From Auanema rhodensis (Eukaryota > Animalia > Nematoda), in the NCBI GenBank assembly GCA_964057225.1, contig OZ059896.1, positions 13,268,001-13,332,000 of the forward strand: a DNA stretch of 64,000 bases, given 5' to 3'. Position 1 is the first letter of the stretch. Each line of letters starts with the position of its first letter. This document shows, in pieces, positions 35,701 to 49,904 of this stretch. Under the pieces are notes generated by a model. It saw nothing but the letters and a program-made list of their open reading frames with translations. It made no database searches and was not told the DNA's origin. The position numbers were made by a program, and so were the translations under genes.

Positions 35701-38269
35701 ATCTCCTTGAGCAGCCATGTGTAAAGGAGCCAAGCCATTCTAAACAAAAATACTAAATGAAAACGACGCAAGCCACATACTTTAGTTTTAGCTGATATAG
35801 GAGCACCCTTCTCGAGAAGCATGTCCACGACTTGATCATGCCCACTCCGAGCAGCACAATGCAGAGGAGTTAACAAATCTCTGAAGACATATTTTAGAAA
35901 AAAAAGTTGGAAATGTAAAACCTTGTCCTGCTGTCAATAATAGCCCCATGCTGCAGTAACAGTTGGACCATGTTCAAGCGTCCCCATTTTGTTGCAACAT
36001 GTAAAGGACTGAAATATTTCCATCAAAAGTTTGTATTCAAATTTGTATGTGTTTGTTTCACGGCTTTACTAATATTTCATTCATAAAACTATCTCGAAAT
36101 TGAGTGGCCAGCTTTGTAATCCTCTATTTCGATCCTTATATCTGTCATTCGATTTAAGCTAGCTTAGGGAAGTAAATGAATTCTCGGGGGACTACAGCGT
36201 TTCCTTTGTCTCACATATATTCACAATTTCAAACCCTTTGTGACTCTTAGCAATCAATAAAACATACAGCACATTCTTGGAAAAATTTTCTTTCTTAAAT
36301 ATTGCTGTAGACATTGAAAAAATTAAGACCAGTTGTAAGACATAAATGTTCATCTATTTTCCACATAGATAATGTTTTTAATTTTAATTTGACAGGTTAT
36401 ATCGTAGTGTTTAACCCATATTATAACAATATAATTGTTTTAAACATTAAACATAGAATAGTTTACACTTCGGAGCATCGGTTTAACTTATATTCGTTTC
36501 TTCGATTGAATTGGTCAGAGGATATTCATTTATGAAACACTTTTTTTTTCGAGCAAAAAACCAATATCGTACCTGATGTTATGTCTGGCCTGATAGTTTA
36601 CATTAGCTCCTCGTTCAATAAGAAGTTGAGCAACATTTTCATTCCCATAATGAGCAGCTATATGAAGAGGGGTAAAGCCGGACTTAGAAGTCACATCAGG
36701 GTTGTGCTCGTTCTGAATTACACAACAAATTCAAAAGCCACAAAATTTCAATAAAGTTGAATTGGACAATAATTTAATCAAATGGCAAAAAATAGAAATT
36801 TGTTTGTTAAACTCACTTCCATGAGCAGAGTTGCAGCTTTAATGTCGTCCTTTTTGGCAGCAATGTGCAGAGCTGGCAACCGAACCTTAAAATAATAAAT
36901 AAGAAAAACGAAAAAATGAAAAAATAAACTTTTCCTCGGGAATTGTTCTCCAAAAGAATAGCAACAACTCGATCATGACCTTGTTGAAGAGCAACAGCGA
37001 GTGGAGTGAATCCATCCTAGAAAAAAATACTTACAATCATTCATATTATAACTATCTTCAGCTTCAATTAAAGTTAATATTAATGTGATTTAAGCTTCTC
37101 ATATCATTTAAGGATATATGCAGTTTATAGCAGTGATGAGGAAGAACAATACAATGTTAGAATAATTCACTTTGAGTAATTAACTCAATAGTTTAGCAAA
37201 CAAAAAACTATTTCGATAACAGGGTATTGTGTTAAAGTAAATTTAGCTAGGTATCTTCCTTCTGAAAGCAAATATAAAGACGAGTTTCAGCGTAAGTAAG
37301 CGCTATCGCAGGTTTCGAGAGCTCTTGAAGAAACATTTTAATTGGACATATCTTTCTACACAAACGTTTTGTACTATTATACAATATTGTCCTTTATGTT
37401 AGAAATATTAATCTTGTTTTCATATTATACTTCTTCAATTGCACATATTCCTTAGAATTGTATATAAAATAGAATGCGTTGAAGATATCTGGCACATAAG
37501 AGTAGAGTTCAAAGATGATAACAGGACAGACTAATATTTCTCTAATACATCACTAATATTGATATTGTACTTTAAATAGAGAGCATGACACAAAAAAAAG
37601 CTTAACAGTGTTTTACCTAGATGTGCTCATAGTCGCATTTTTCTTTCATTTTGTAAATAAAAGTTTACATACCTCTGTTGAAAGTGTTTGATTTGCGCCG
37701 TGATCCAATAGAAATCTAACAACATCTTCATGATTTTCTTGAGCAGCCATATATAAAGGTGTAAATCCATTTAATGACTGCACATTAACATTGGCTCCAT
37801 TTTCTACAAGAATAGTCACAATAAGTGATTGTCCTGCTAAAGATGCAATATGTAGGGCTGTGTTTCCTTTCTGAATTGTTTTTACAAGGTGAGCTGAGTA
37901 TTAAAACTAATTAAAACCTTTGTTGCTGCATCTACATGTGCTTTTCTTTTCAATAATTCTCGAACTACTTCATTGTGGCCTTCTTTCGATGCCAAATGTA
38001 GAGCATTCAATCCATTTGCATTGCATGTGTTTATATCAGTACCAGACCGCAGCAACTCCAGCACTTTGTCTAAATTACCAGCTCGTGCAGCTCGTAGAAA
38101 GCTAGCACTTCCTTCTATCTAAAAGAAAATCAAATGAATAAAGAATAGAACAAGAGCAGTATATAATTGTTTAAACGTATTAATATTCATAGAAATTCCT
38201 TACTTTCATAGATGACTGCTGTGACTGTTCATTAGCAGTGGTCTGTTGATCTCCTGGTTCAGCTGACAT
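11741..38269 (-). CDS. unc-44: Ankyrin, giant isoform (ANK repeats, ZU5-ZU5-UPA, death domain, giant C-terminal extension); shorter isoforms share the 5' exons
   Basis: Exon 1 [12 protein letters not shown] (38269-38204) splices to [26 protein letters not shown] repeats (TPLH..A) span 33900-38120. ZU5 [21 protein letters not shown] and [19 protein letters not shown] span 31200-32525. Death domain [15 protein letters not shown] at 30650-30915. Last exons 12086-11961 and 11896-11741 end in TAA. Confidence 0.97.
12133..26765 (-). other. unc-44: Giant 14,633-nt coding exon of unc-44
   Basis: Acceptor ttttcag|ACTCC at 26766/26765 and donor AAA|gtaagc at 12133/12132. The reading frame is uninterrupted (the 4898-aa ORF) and phase-compatible with the flanking exons. 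Confidence 0.93.
13900..26420 (-). repeat. Coding tandem array: ~60 copies of a 180-bp (60-aa) unit in five blocks, separated and flanked by six copies of a hydrophobic spacer
   Basis: Unit ~[60 protein letters not shown]. Spacer [41 protein letters not shown]; its marker attttgtcag lies at 14261, 16622, 18644, 20999, 23381 and 26096. Confidence 0.98.
28013..28879 (-). other. unc-44: Large frame-preserving internal (probably alternative) unc-44 exon
   Basis: Acceptor ctagccag|TTC and donor A|gtatgc, phase 1 at both ends, 867 nt. Matches the 293-aa ORF 27987..28868. Confidence 0.7.
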
Positions 38270-40317
38270 ATCCGGAACGTTATAAATGTATTTTTATCCC
38301 TAATATTTCCTTTTCTAGACTCTATGCGGCCAACTATTATTTTTATCGTCACACAAGGGTCGTAGAAGACTCCGAGGTGGAGCGACAAATAAAATAGAGC
38401 AAGAGAATATGCAGGCGGCTCTATAAGTCAAGCGAATCAAAAGTAATAATCAACAAGAATATTTACACAATAAGATTAAGAAATAAATATATTAATAGTA
38501 TATAAATGTGCAGCAAACGAACTAAATACATGGTTCATTTAGAATATGAATGTAATGGTAAACATAACATACACAAAATCCAAAAAATGAAATGAGATGA
38601 GATGAGTTTATGGCAGTGAAAGTAAAAGAAAATAACAAAGAAATGACAATTAACAATCGCAAAAAAATTGAATAGAAAAAATAGTCAATTCGATTAATTT
38701 CCATTGCCTTTCTAAATTTGCCCTTGTGCGTGTATAGGCTAGGATTGGCAGGACCCCATGCCGGCGGCAACCACACTTAGGGATGGAAGGGAGCGGAAGG
38801 GTGGGGAGAGATCGATTCCTCTTCGTCTCTCACACAGTTATCTTCACTCGGCGATGTCTAGATTGACTGGACTCTGCCTTTGGAGAGGCGGACCTCTGAA
38901 CTGCTGCTACAGCTTCTTGCTCTGTTGGCTCAACGGAATAGCTAGTTTATGAGCGAATGCTGGGCATTTAGAAAGACAGATCAGAAAAAGCAGAGAACTA
39001 TTTGAAAAAAGTCTTCTAGACGTCCAACGGCCCAGCTCGCTCTCGTGTTTAATGGCAAAACTTCATGTATAACTTTCGTAGCAGAGTTTTCCGCGCCTAC
39101 TCTCATGGGAGTGGCTGAATCTAAACTCTTTCTTATACAAGTATGCCCGTTTCTTAGCATTAGTTCTAGGATTGAATTCGGATCTAGGATTTCTTTTTCT
39201 TACTCTTCAAATATAAAATTGAAAAATAGAGAAAAAGATAAAGAAATTATAAGAGATATTACTAGAATCATTACAAAGACGACTAGAGAGAATAAGAAAA
39301 TTAATATTATTTAAATACGGTAATGAATAAAGGCTAAGTAATTTTATAATCCAACTACATTATGCTTCATAACGAGGACAATATGTGCCAATGTTGTTTT
39401 GCAGATCCTTTTGAGAGGCAATCTGGCATTGTATTGATCCACAGACAACACTTTCTAGACTTGGGCCTTCAAAGAAGAGACATAGAGGTTTCAGTTACAC
39501 ACCCAACCTTGAAAGTTGGCTGTAATTATTCGTAAAGTGAACATAGAAGCTGTGCTAGTGAGTTTCATTTAAATTCAAAATTCAATCACACAGTGAAGTG
39601 TGTGTTTATCAAAAATCAGAAAATTATAGTTTGAAATAAGGCTTTAGGCAAAACATTTATAGAAGATTATGATTAATATAAAAACAATTTGCTTTATCAT
39701 CATGAATTAAATAAAATCTTAATAAGACATATTACTTATATACTAACAAATAGAGATACATATGTGTCAGATATAGATTTGCTCTATATCCTATATAGCA
39801 CAATTGTATTTAATGATCCAACTTTTCAAACTATAAGCAGCTATGTCATCATTGTGATAAAACAACGTTATTGATTTGAGAAATAATTTATATTCCTATT
39901 CTTTTTTTTTTGAATATTAAAATGAATCAAATGTAGAGAAATTGCATCATGAGTAACAAACAGAGGTATTTTGAATCATTTTCTAATCAATGTTGATATT
40001 ACTCGTTCAGTTTGGCATTTTCCAAGGTCATGTCAAAAATCTATCAGGAAAAAAGTTCTATTTCCAAAAGAGAAAATAATTTTAAGTACGATAAATTTTT
40101 TGAAAAAAATAGTAAAATGTCATTCAATCTTTTTGTGATAACAATTGTTCATATAAAAGGAATTATATAATTCTTGATGACAGCTGATAATAAAAAATGA
40201 AATAATATTGTCTTTTATCAATGTTAGTATATTTGATACAAAATAATGCTTGTAAGCTTATGACAAAGCCTGAGTTGAAACTGAATTACAAGCATAGAAA
40301 ATCGCCATATGTGAATG

Positions 40318-40348
<31 letters not shown>

Positions 40349-40349
40349 A

Positions 40350-40400
<51 letters not shown>
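40318..40400. repeat. Compound microsatellite (GATA)n-(GAAA)n-(GA)n
   Basis: Direct reading. Confidence 0.95.
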
Positions 40401-40404
<4 letters not shown>

Positions 40405-40899
40405 AAGGGGTGCAAGGAGTGAGAAAGAGTGAGCGGAAAAACAGAGTTGAGAGAAGAGGACAGAGATGAGAGAGAACGGGTCAGAGAATTTCAAAAAAAG
40501 CATAAATGGTATGTATGCATTGAAGCATATATATCAACAAACTAGTATACATGTGCATCACCCACCAGCCCCCCCCCCCCTTGTACAGATTCTCATCATT
40601 CACACCTTTATATGTTGAAATACATTGAATCTTGATCAATTGAAACAAAATATTGGGTGACACGTATCTTTTCAAACCAATTTGACTTGCGAAATACTAT
40701 TTATGGAGAAGAAGTCTTAAAAATGAAAGTTGATGTGCAGAAAAAGTCAAAAGCATACAGTTCATGAATAACTGAGAACTCAGTCAACTTTTTGAGACTT
40801 GTGAGAAATATCAGGAAATGAGCCAAACCAGGAATAGAACTAAGATGAAGAACAATTGAAGTAAAAGATAGAAAGAAAAGAACAACGAAAATATTAGTG

Positions 40900-43300
40900 A
40901 AAAAGTGAAGCCATATAGAGCAAGCTTTAGAGAGTGTTAAAGAGAGAAAGATATAGAGAGTGAAGACAGGAAGATGAAGATAGAGAATTGGAAAAAGAAA
41001 GTTGCAGAATGAAAAGTTATACAAAGAGTGTTAAAAAGAGAAAGTTTTTTATAGCAAGTTGTAGAGAGCAAGTTAGAAAGAGAAAACTATACAGAGCAAG
41101 CTAAAGTTAGAGAGAGAAAGATATAGAGAGAAAGGTATAGAGAGAAAGGTAAAAAGAGCAAGCTAAAGAGAGAAAGGTATAGAGAGAAAGTTAGAGAGAG
41201 AAAAATATAGAGAGAAAAGATATAGAGAGAAAGTTAGAGAGAGAAAGGTATAAAGAGCAAACTATGGAGAAGGAAAGTTGGAGAGGGAAAGTTAGAGAGG
41301 AAAAGTTAGAGAGTGAAAGTTAGAGAGTGAAAGATATGAAGAGAAACTTAGAGAGAAAAATGCTGAAGAGAGAAAGTTGTAGAGAGAAAGTTAGTTAAAG
41401 ACAGTTAGAGAGGGAAAGTTAGAGAGGGCAAGTTATAGAGAGAAAAATGTTCTGAGAGCATGTTGAAAAAAGCAAGTTAGAGAGAGAAAGGTATAGAGGG
41501 AAAGTTAGAGAGAGAAAGATATGAAGAGAAAGGTATAGAGAGAAAGGTAAAAAGAGCAAGCTAAAGAGAGAATGGTATAGAGAGAAAGTTAGAGAGAGAA
41601 AAATATAGAGAGAAAAGGTATAGAGAGAAAGTTAGAGAGAGAAAGATATAAAGAGCAAACTATGGAGAAGGAAAGTTAGAGAGGGAAAGTTAGAGAGGGA
41701 AAGTTAGAAGAGAGAATGGTATAGAGAGGAAAATTCTAGAGAGAGAAAATTAGAGAGAAAGATATGAAGAGAAACTTAGAGAGAAAAATGCTGAAGAGAG
41801 AAAGTTGTAGAGAGAAAGTTAGTTAAGGACAGTTAGAGAGGGAAAGTTAGAGAGGGAAAGTTAGAGAGAGAAAGATATGAAGAGAAAGTTAGAGAGAAAA
41901 ATGCTAAAGAGAGAAAGTTGTAGAGGGAAAGTTAGAGAGAAAAATGTTCTGAGAGCATGTTGAAAAGAGCAAGTTAGAGAGAGAAAGGTATAGAGGGAAA
42001 GTTAGAGAGAGAGAGATATGAAGAGAAAGTTAGAGAGAAAAATGCTAAAGAGAGAAAGATATGAAGAGAAAGTTAGAGAGAAAAATGCTAAAGAGAGAAA
42101 GTTGTAGAGGGAAAGTTAGAGAGAAAAATGCTAAAGAGAGAAAGTTAGGGAGAGAAAAAGGTTCTGAAAGCATGTTGTAGAGAACAAGTTAGAGAGAGAA
42201 AGTTAGAGAGAAAAATGCTAAAGAGAGAAAGTTAGAGAGAAAAAGATATAGAGTGAAATATGTTCTGAGAGCATATTGTAGAGAGCAAGTTAGAAGAGAG
42301 AAAGGTATAGAGAGGAAAATTCTAGAGAGAGAAAATTAGAGAGAAAGATATAAAGAGAAAAACCTTCCGAGAGCAAGTTGTAGAGAGCAAGATATAAAGA
42401 GAAAAACCTTCCGAGAGCAAGTTGTAGAGAGCAAGATATAAAGAGAAAAACTTTCTGAGAGCAAGTTGTAGAGAGCAAGATATAAAGAGAAAGTTAGAGA
42501 GAAAAATTCTAAAGAGAGAAAATTATTGAGAGAAAGATATAGAGAGAAAAACTTTGTGAGAGCAAGTTGCAGATTGCAAGTGAGAGAGAGAAAGTGAGAG
42601 AGAGAAAGTTAGGGAGAGAAAGATATAAAGAGAAAAATGCTAAAGAGAGAAAGTTAGAGTGAGAAAGTGAGAGAGAGAAAGTTAGTGAGAGAGGGAAAGT
42701 TAGAGAGAAAAATGCCAAAGAGAGAAAGATATAAAGAGAAAAATACAGAGAGAAAAAACTTTCTGAGAGTAAATTAAAAAGAGCAAGCTAAAGAGAGAAA
42801 ATTAGAGAGAGAAAGATATAGAGAGAAAAACTTTCTGAGAGCAAGTTGTAGAGAGCAAGTTAGAAGAGAGAAAGGTATAGAGAGGAAAATTCTAGAGAGA
42901 GAAAATTAGAGAGAAAGATATAAAGAGAAAAATGCTAAAGAGAGAAAGTTAGAGTGAGAAAGTGAGAGAGAGAAAGTTAGTGGGAGAGGGAAAGTTAGAG
43001 AGAAAAATGCCATAGAGAGAAAGATATAAAGAGAAAAATATAGAGAGAAAAAACTTTCTGAGAGTAATTTAAAAAGAGCAAGCTAAAGAGAGAAAATTAG
43101 AGAGAGAAAGATATAGAGAGAACTTTCTGAGAGCAAGTTGTAAAGAGCAAGTTAGAGAGAGATAAAGGTATAGAGAGGAAAACTCTCTGAGAGCAAGTTG
43201 CAGATTGCAAGTTAGAGAGAGAAAAATGCTAAAGAGAGAAAGTTGGAGAGAGAAAGAAATAGAGTGAAAATTTTTCTGAGAGCAAGGCATAGAAACCAAG
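40900..43300. repeat. Complex polypurine (GA-rich) satellite of 11-17 nt subunits with higher-order duplications
   Basis: Recurring words gagagaaagtta, gagagcaagtt(g)ta, gagaaaaatgctaaa and gagaaagatata. The segment starting ~41130 recurs at ~41530, and the one at ~42285 recurs at ~42856. Confidence 0.92.
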
Positions 43301-43400
43301 TTAATGAGATACACAGAGAAATGTAAGACAGAATTTTTCTGAAGTTTTTGAAAAATTAGATAATGAAAGTTATGATTCAAAAATGATTAAGCCAAAACGA

Positions 43401-43404
<4 letters not shown>

Positions 43405-43451
<47 letters not shown>
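43405..43451. repeat. (GA)n microsatellite
   Basis: Direct reading. Confidence 0.97.
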
Positions 43452-43454
<3 letters not shown>

Positions 43455-43788
43455 TTGTGTAAATAGATATCCATAATATAACATTGTATATAGAATTGTT
43501 ATTAATATTAATTTGAATAATAGTTTCAATAGACAATAATATTTATAGCAATAATAATAATAATAATAATAATAATATATTAATAATAGTAATTGTTAAG
43601 TAATATTAAAACAAATAATAAAAATTAATTGAAACCAAAAGAGAAAATATTTTTAGAGAATAGAAATCATTTTTCAAAAAAATTTAACAAAAATATAAAT
43701 AAATATATATATTTATATTGAAAGCCTTGTCAAGCATCTGGCTCTGTGCGACTATTCCACGTAGCTTCATTTCCCACCAACCTTTGCT

Positions 43789-43802
43789 GTTACCATGAGA
43801 AC
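43789..43802. promoter_or_regulatory. X-box (RFX/DAF-19)-like motif
   Basis: GTTACCATGAGAAC fits the nematode X-box consensus GTHNYY-AT-RRNAAC at every position. Confidence 0.4.
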
Positions 43803-46105
43803 AATATCAGCAGAGCAAGAGCAAGGCTTCATATGAAAGAATGGCTCAAACACAAATATATATATATATATATATTAAATATATATTTATATTTTTTTTT
43901 TCATTCAAAATAACATATATGATTGAATACTTTAACTAAAATATTGAGTAATGAATTAAATATTGAACAGGAAAGATTAAATATATAATATCCCGTCTAT
44001 AATACGTATGAAATAGGTTATATAAAGCCATGATTATTTAAGAGGAAAAGAAGAAAAAAAAGTATATTTTAATGAATAATTATAAAATAGTTAATATTAC
44101 TTTAATATAAATGAATTAGAATGAAATATATATATTTCTATATTTATAGTTGTCTTGGAAACAAAAAATTATATTCTGGATTATATTAGCAGCGTAATAT
44201 TAAGAGATTGAGTGCTAGAAAATTGAAAGAAGTGCGAAAAAGACAGTATTATCAATAGAAGAGACTAACATTTCTAAAAATAAATCGTATTAAATTTCAT
44301 TTTTGATATAATCTCTTTGCTTAGAGAATACTACACTATAATACATTATTTAAATTAATTTTTCAGAAAAAAATGAAAGATTAAACATATTTTAATATAA
44401 AAAACTTTAAAGAGAGAGAGAGAGAGAGAATTATATTTTATAAAATAAATAAAGTGAATGTTACTTAGTCAGTGAACAACTAAAACGGAAAGAAGAAGTG
44501 CAGCAATAATCAATAGATGTATGTATGACGAAGCACTCAGGCAATTTCACTTAATACCTTTTGAAACAAATGAATTAGATTTAGTTGCAGAAAATCAATA
44601 AGCACTTGACTGTTACTGAAGATATTCCATAAAGCAATCAGTAGCTTCTAGAACATTTTTTTCATTCTACTTCAAATAAAATAGTTTCTATAATACACAT
44701 TAGTACAAATAGCAATTGAAAATTCGAAACCAGTTCTTACTAGTTGAAAATCTTTAAAACATGAACTAAACACTGAATGTAAAAATGTTTTTTTTTTAAT
44801 TTTCGTCATAACGACAGGTTAGAACTATCATGAAAAAGAGTTTTATAGTGAGATTTTCTCGACGTTAGAAATAAATAAATATATATTCTATTTTCAGAAA
44901 AAGTTGTCTAAGTTCTTATTAATATTATAAAAGGAAACAGTGGAAAAACTTCAAGGACGGAGTTTCAGTCGATGGATAAGTGGAAATGTTTATTAGCAAT
45001 CTTGAAAGTAAAGAACTTAGAGGATCGATATATATATATGTGTGTGTGTATGAAATACTGTTTGAAACTTCTCCAAATTAGGATGAGAAAGCTTCTTAAA
45101 AGGAATGATGAAAGCTTAATGAACTTGTTTTTTCTTTCCCAAAAAAGTAAGCAAAGAAAAGAATTATAAAAATTTAACATATAAGATTTAATGAAAATAA
45201 AATAAAAATAGTATGTAGATAATAATAAAAAGATATGATATATTCATTAAGATATATATATAAAAATAAAAAAATAGTGAAAGATATGTTATGAAAAATG
45301 AAAAATCAAGAGTAATACTTGGAGAGAATGAATTGAACAAAAGAAATAGACGAATAGCAAAGAAGGATTATTCACGAAAAGACATTAATTGAGTCTTTCA
45401 TTTGCCGCTGTTCACTCTCACTCATCTTTAGTCAGAAGATGTTAATGAAAAAAGCAGGCTGCAAAAGGGATTGGCACTTCTAATATCCATCATGCCTCAC
45501 ATTTTTGTGGCTTTTCTTCCTTCTATGTCATTGCAAGTGCATCGATCAGCATTGGCTTCTATGCTTAATGTAGAAAAAATTGAATGCTACTAAGATCTTT
45601 TTGAAGCCATATAGTTATAATAATCGAGAATTGAAAAATGACAAGTTGAAAAACCATCAAATATCTGTTTTTACATGTGAAGAAGTGAATGTGATTGGCC
45701 AGTTCATGTATCAATGCTCAAAATAAAAGAAGATTATAAACAAAGAGAGAGAAAGCGAAAAAGAGAGAAAAGAGTAAGAGTAAGAATATAGGTCGGAAAG
45801 AAAAATGCAAAACGAATGACAAAAATATAGTGATCAGTAGTATGTATTGAACGCCTGATGTCTATGTATGTTCGACCCCGGTAGACGACTAATTACAGTC
45901 GGTTGGAGCAGCTGCACCAAACAAATATATAGGGCAACTGGAAAAAAAGGATAATAACTACGAGGAACAGAGACAGACATACGGACAAATGCAGTAAGAT
46001 AGGTTTACCAAGGAGTAAGATACGAGAGATCTCATAGAGGGTAGAGCTAAAGCACGACAGGCAACATAGAATGGAGAGAGATATAGTGAGGTATATATAT
46101 AGATA

Positions 46106-46109
<4 letters not shown>

Positions 46110-46146
<37 letters not shown>
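46110..46146. repeat. (GA)n microsatellite
   Basis: Direct reading. Confidence 0.95.
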
Positions 46147-46148
<2 letters not shown>

Positions 46149-47998
46149 GGAGAGAGTGAGAGAAAGAGAGAAAGAATAGAGAAGAGAAAGAAACCTAGCA
46201 GAGGTCAATGCGAGATATCCAGAGGAAGATGTGGCGTGCAAGACATAGACAGCTAAAATGGTGTGCGAGATAATGAGAGGAACATCCAGAAACAGAAGTA
46301 GAGCGAGAGAGAGAGAGAGAGAGATTTTTTTCATAATGATTAATTAAGAAAGGGGGAGAGAAACAGAGAAAGGCATGAGAGTAATACATGAACGCTGGCT
46401 GCGATGCTTAACAAATGCAAGTATCTGGCCAGATGGTCGCAGACTGTGGAAGATGACCCCGACGTTGAGAGAGCATGAGAGGTTATAGTCTTCACTAAGC
46501 CGAATAGTACCAACTGTTCTATCCTGGATGTCACAAAAGAAGCTAAATCGAATAGGATATCGCTTGATGTCGAGACAAGAGACAATGACAGGAAAGGGTT
46601 AAGAGCCCCAAAGGATGCATATTTTGTCCATTTGGATGTATAGCATATCGATATTTTTATTTAGGAAATGGACAAGGCCAGCACATCATTAGGTAGTCAT
46701 CAATTTATTTTTGTATTAATCGGTAGACAAGAGTCAAGCAATCGAAATATGTCTGTCAGCCCTAATTATGGTTATTGGAAAGATAATTGTGTAATACTGT
46801 TGTATAACATTAGAAAATCAATAGTAACCAAATTTTTAAATGTAGGAATTACCATTTAAAGGTTCGTGATATAAGAGATATATAGGGTCATAAGAGAGCA
46901 TACTTGACATGGAATCTCTTTAAAAATATTCTTTGACACATATTCGGAGGTTCAATAGTATGCAGATCATTAAGAGCCGAACAGAAGTTTGGAAGATGCT
47001 TTGGGGACAAAAAGATAGGGAGAGGGCGGCTAGAATGAGAGGAGAGAGAAGGGCAGCAGAAACGAGAAAGACAGAGATGAGAACAGGCTGACATTAGCTC
47101 CACAGGGCTAGAAAAAATAGCCAAAAGAGGGAGATCGATAAAAGACTGGAGACTATGAGGTGACGGACGCTTCGGGTAGCCTTTGCGGTGCTATAGGGGG
47201 CTATTTGCAAAGAGATGTTGAACATGCAATAGCTTACTCGGAAAAAAAAGATTATAAGAGGATATATGATGAAATCTATACTATTCATAATATTTCGTTT
47301 AAGTTTATCGAGGTCAATTACTTCCGAAAAGACAATTTCCCGAAATAAAAAATTAAAATTTTTAACAAAGCATTCTCGGGTTCGAGAATGTTGCATTACG
47401 TTTAAGTTTTTCAACATCATAAACCAAAATAAACTGGTTTTCTTCACCAATTTACTTACAATGCTAAAGTCAATAAGTGTACAACGTAAGAAGTCCGAAA
47501 CATTGGATCGTATGTCAGTCATAAGTCTAAGGCAACAGCAGGAAATGTAAAAAGACTCGCTAACTTGTCAACTTTAATAATAAAGATTGTTGGGCTAAAG
47601 GGAATATCTAAATATATTAGTCCTCGAATATGACAGACAGTATGCAACACTAGGCATCCTGTGTACAATAGATGTGATGTACTTCACCTTAGCAAGTTTG
47701 TATTACTATTTGCTCGCAATATGTACCTTTTTATTCTTTATATTTTTTTTATTTACATATTTTCTTGTTCAATCAATTTGACCTTTTTTCCATTTTAACC
47801 ATTTATTATAAGACTAGAAATTCAACTTTTCGCTGAAACACTTCGATTTTACAACATTATTGGTAGATTCACAATAGTGACCTTTTTTTACATATATTAT
47901 GACTATACTCCAAATAACAAATTTAAAAATAGGACAAAACTCAAAATGCGAGAGATTGTGCAAACATTTCCTAAAATAATCAAACCACATAGAAAATT

Positions 47999-49904
<1,906 letters not shown>

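Noticed and set aside
40569-40580. Poly-C/G tracts (also ~54820-54829) as G-quadruplex or DOG-1-type fragile sites
   Set aside because: They are only 10-12 nt, shorter than needed for an intramolecular G4.
40224-46389. Hydrophobic Leu/Ser/Phe-rich ORFs and ER-repeat ORFs
   Set aside because: They are translations of GA/CT microsatellites and the polypurine satellite.
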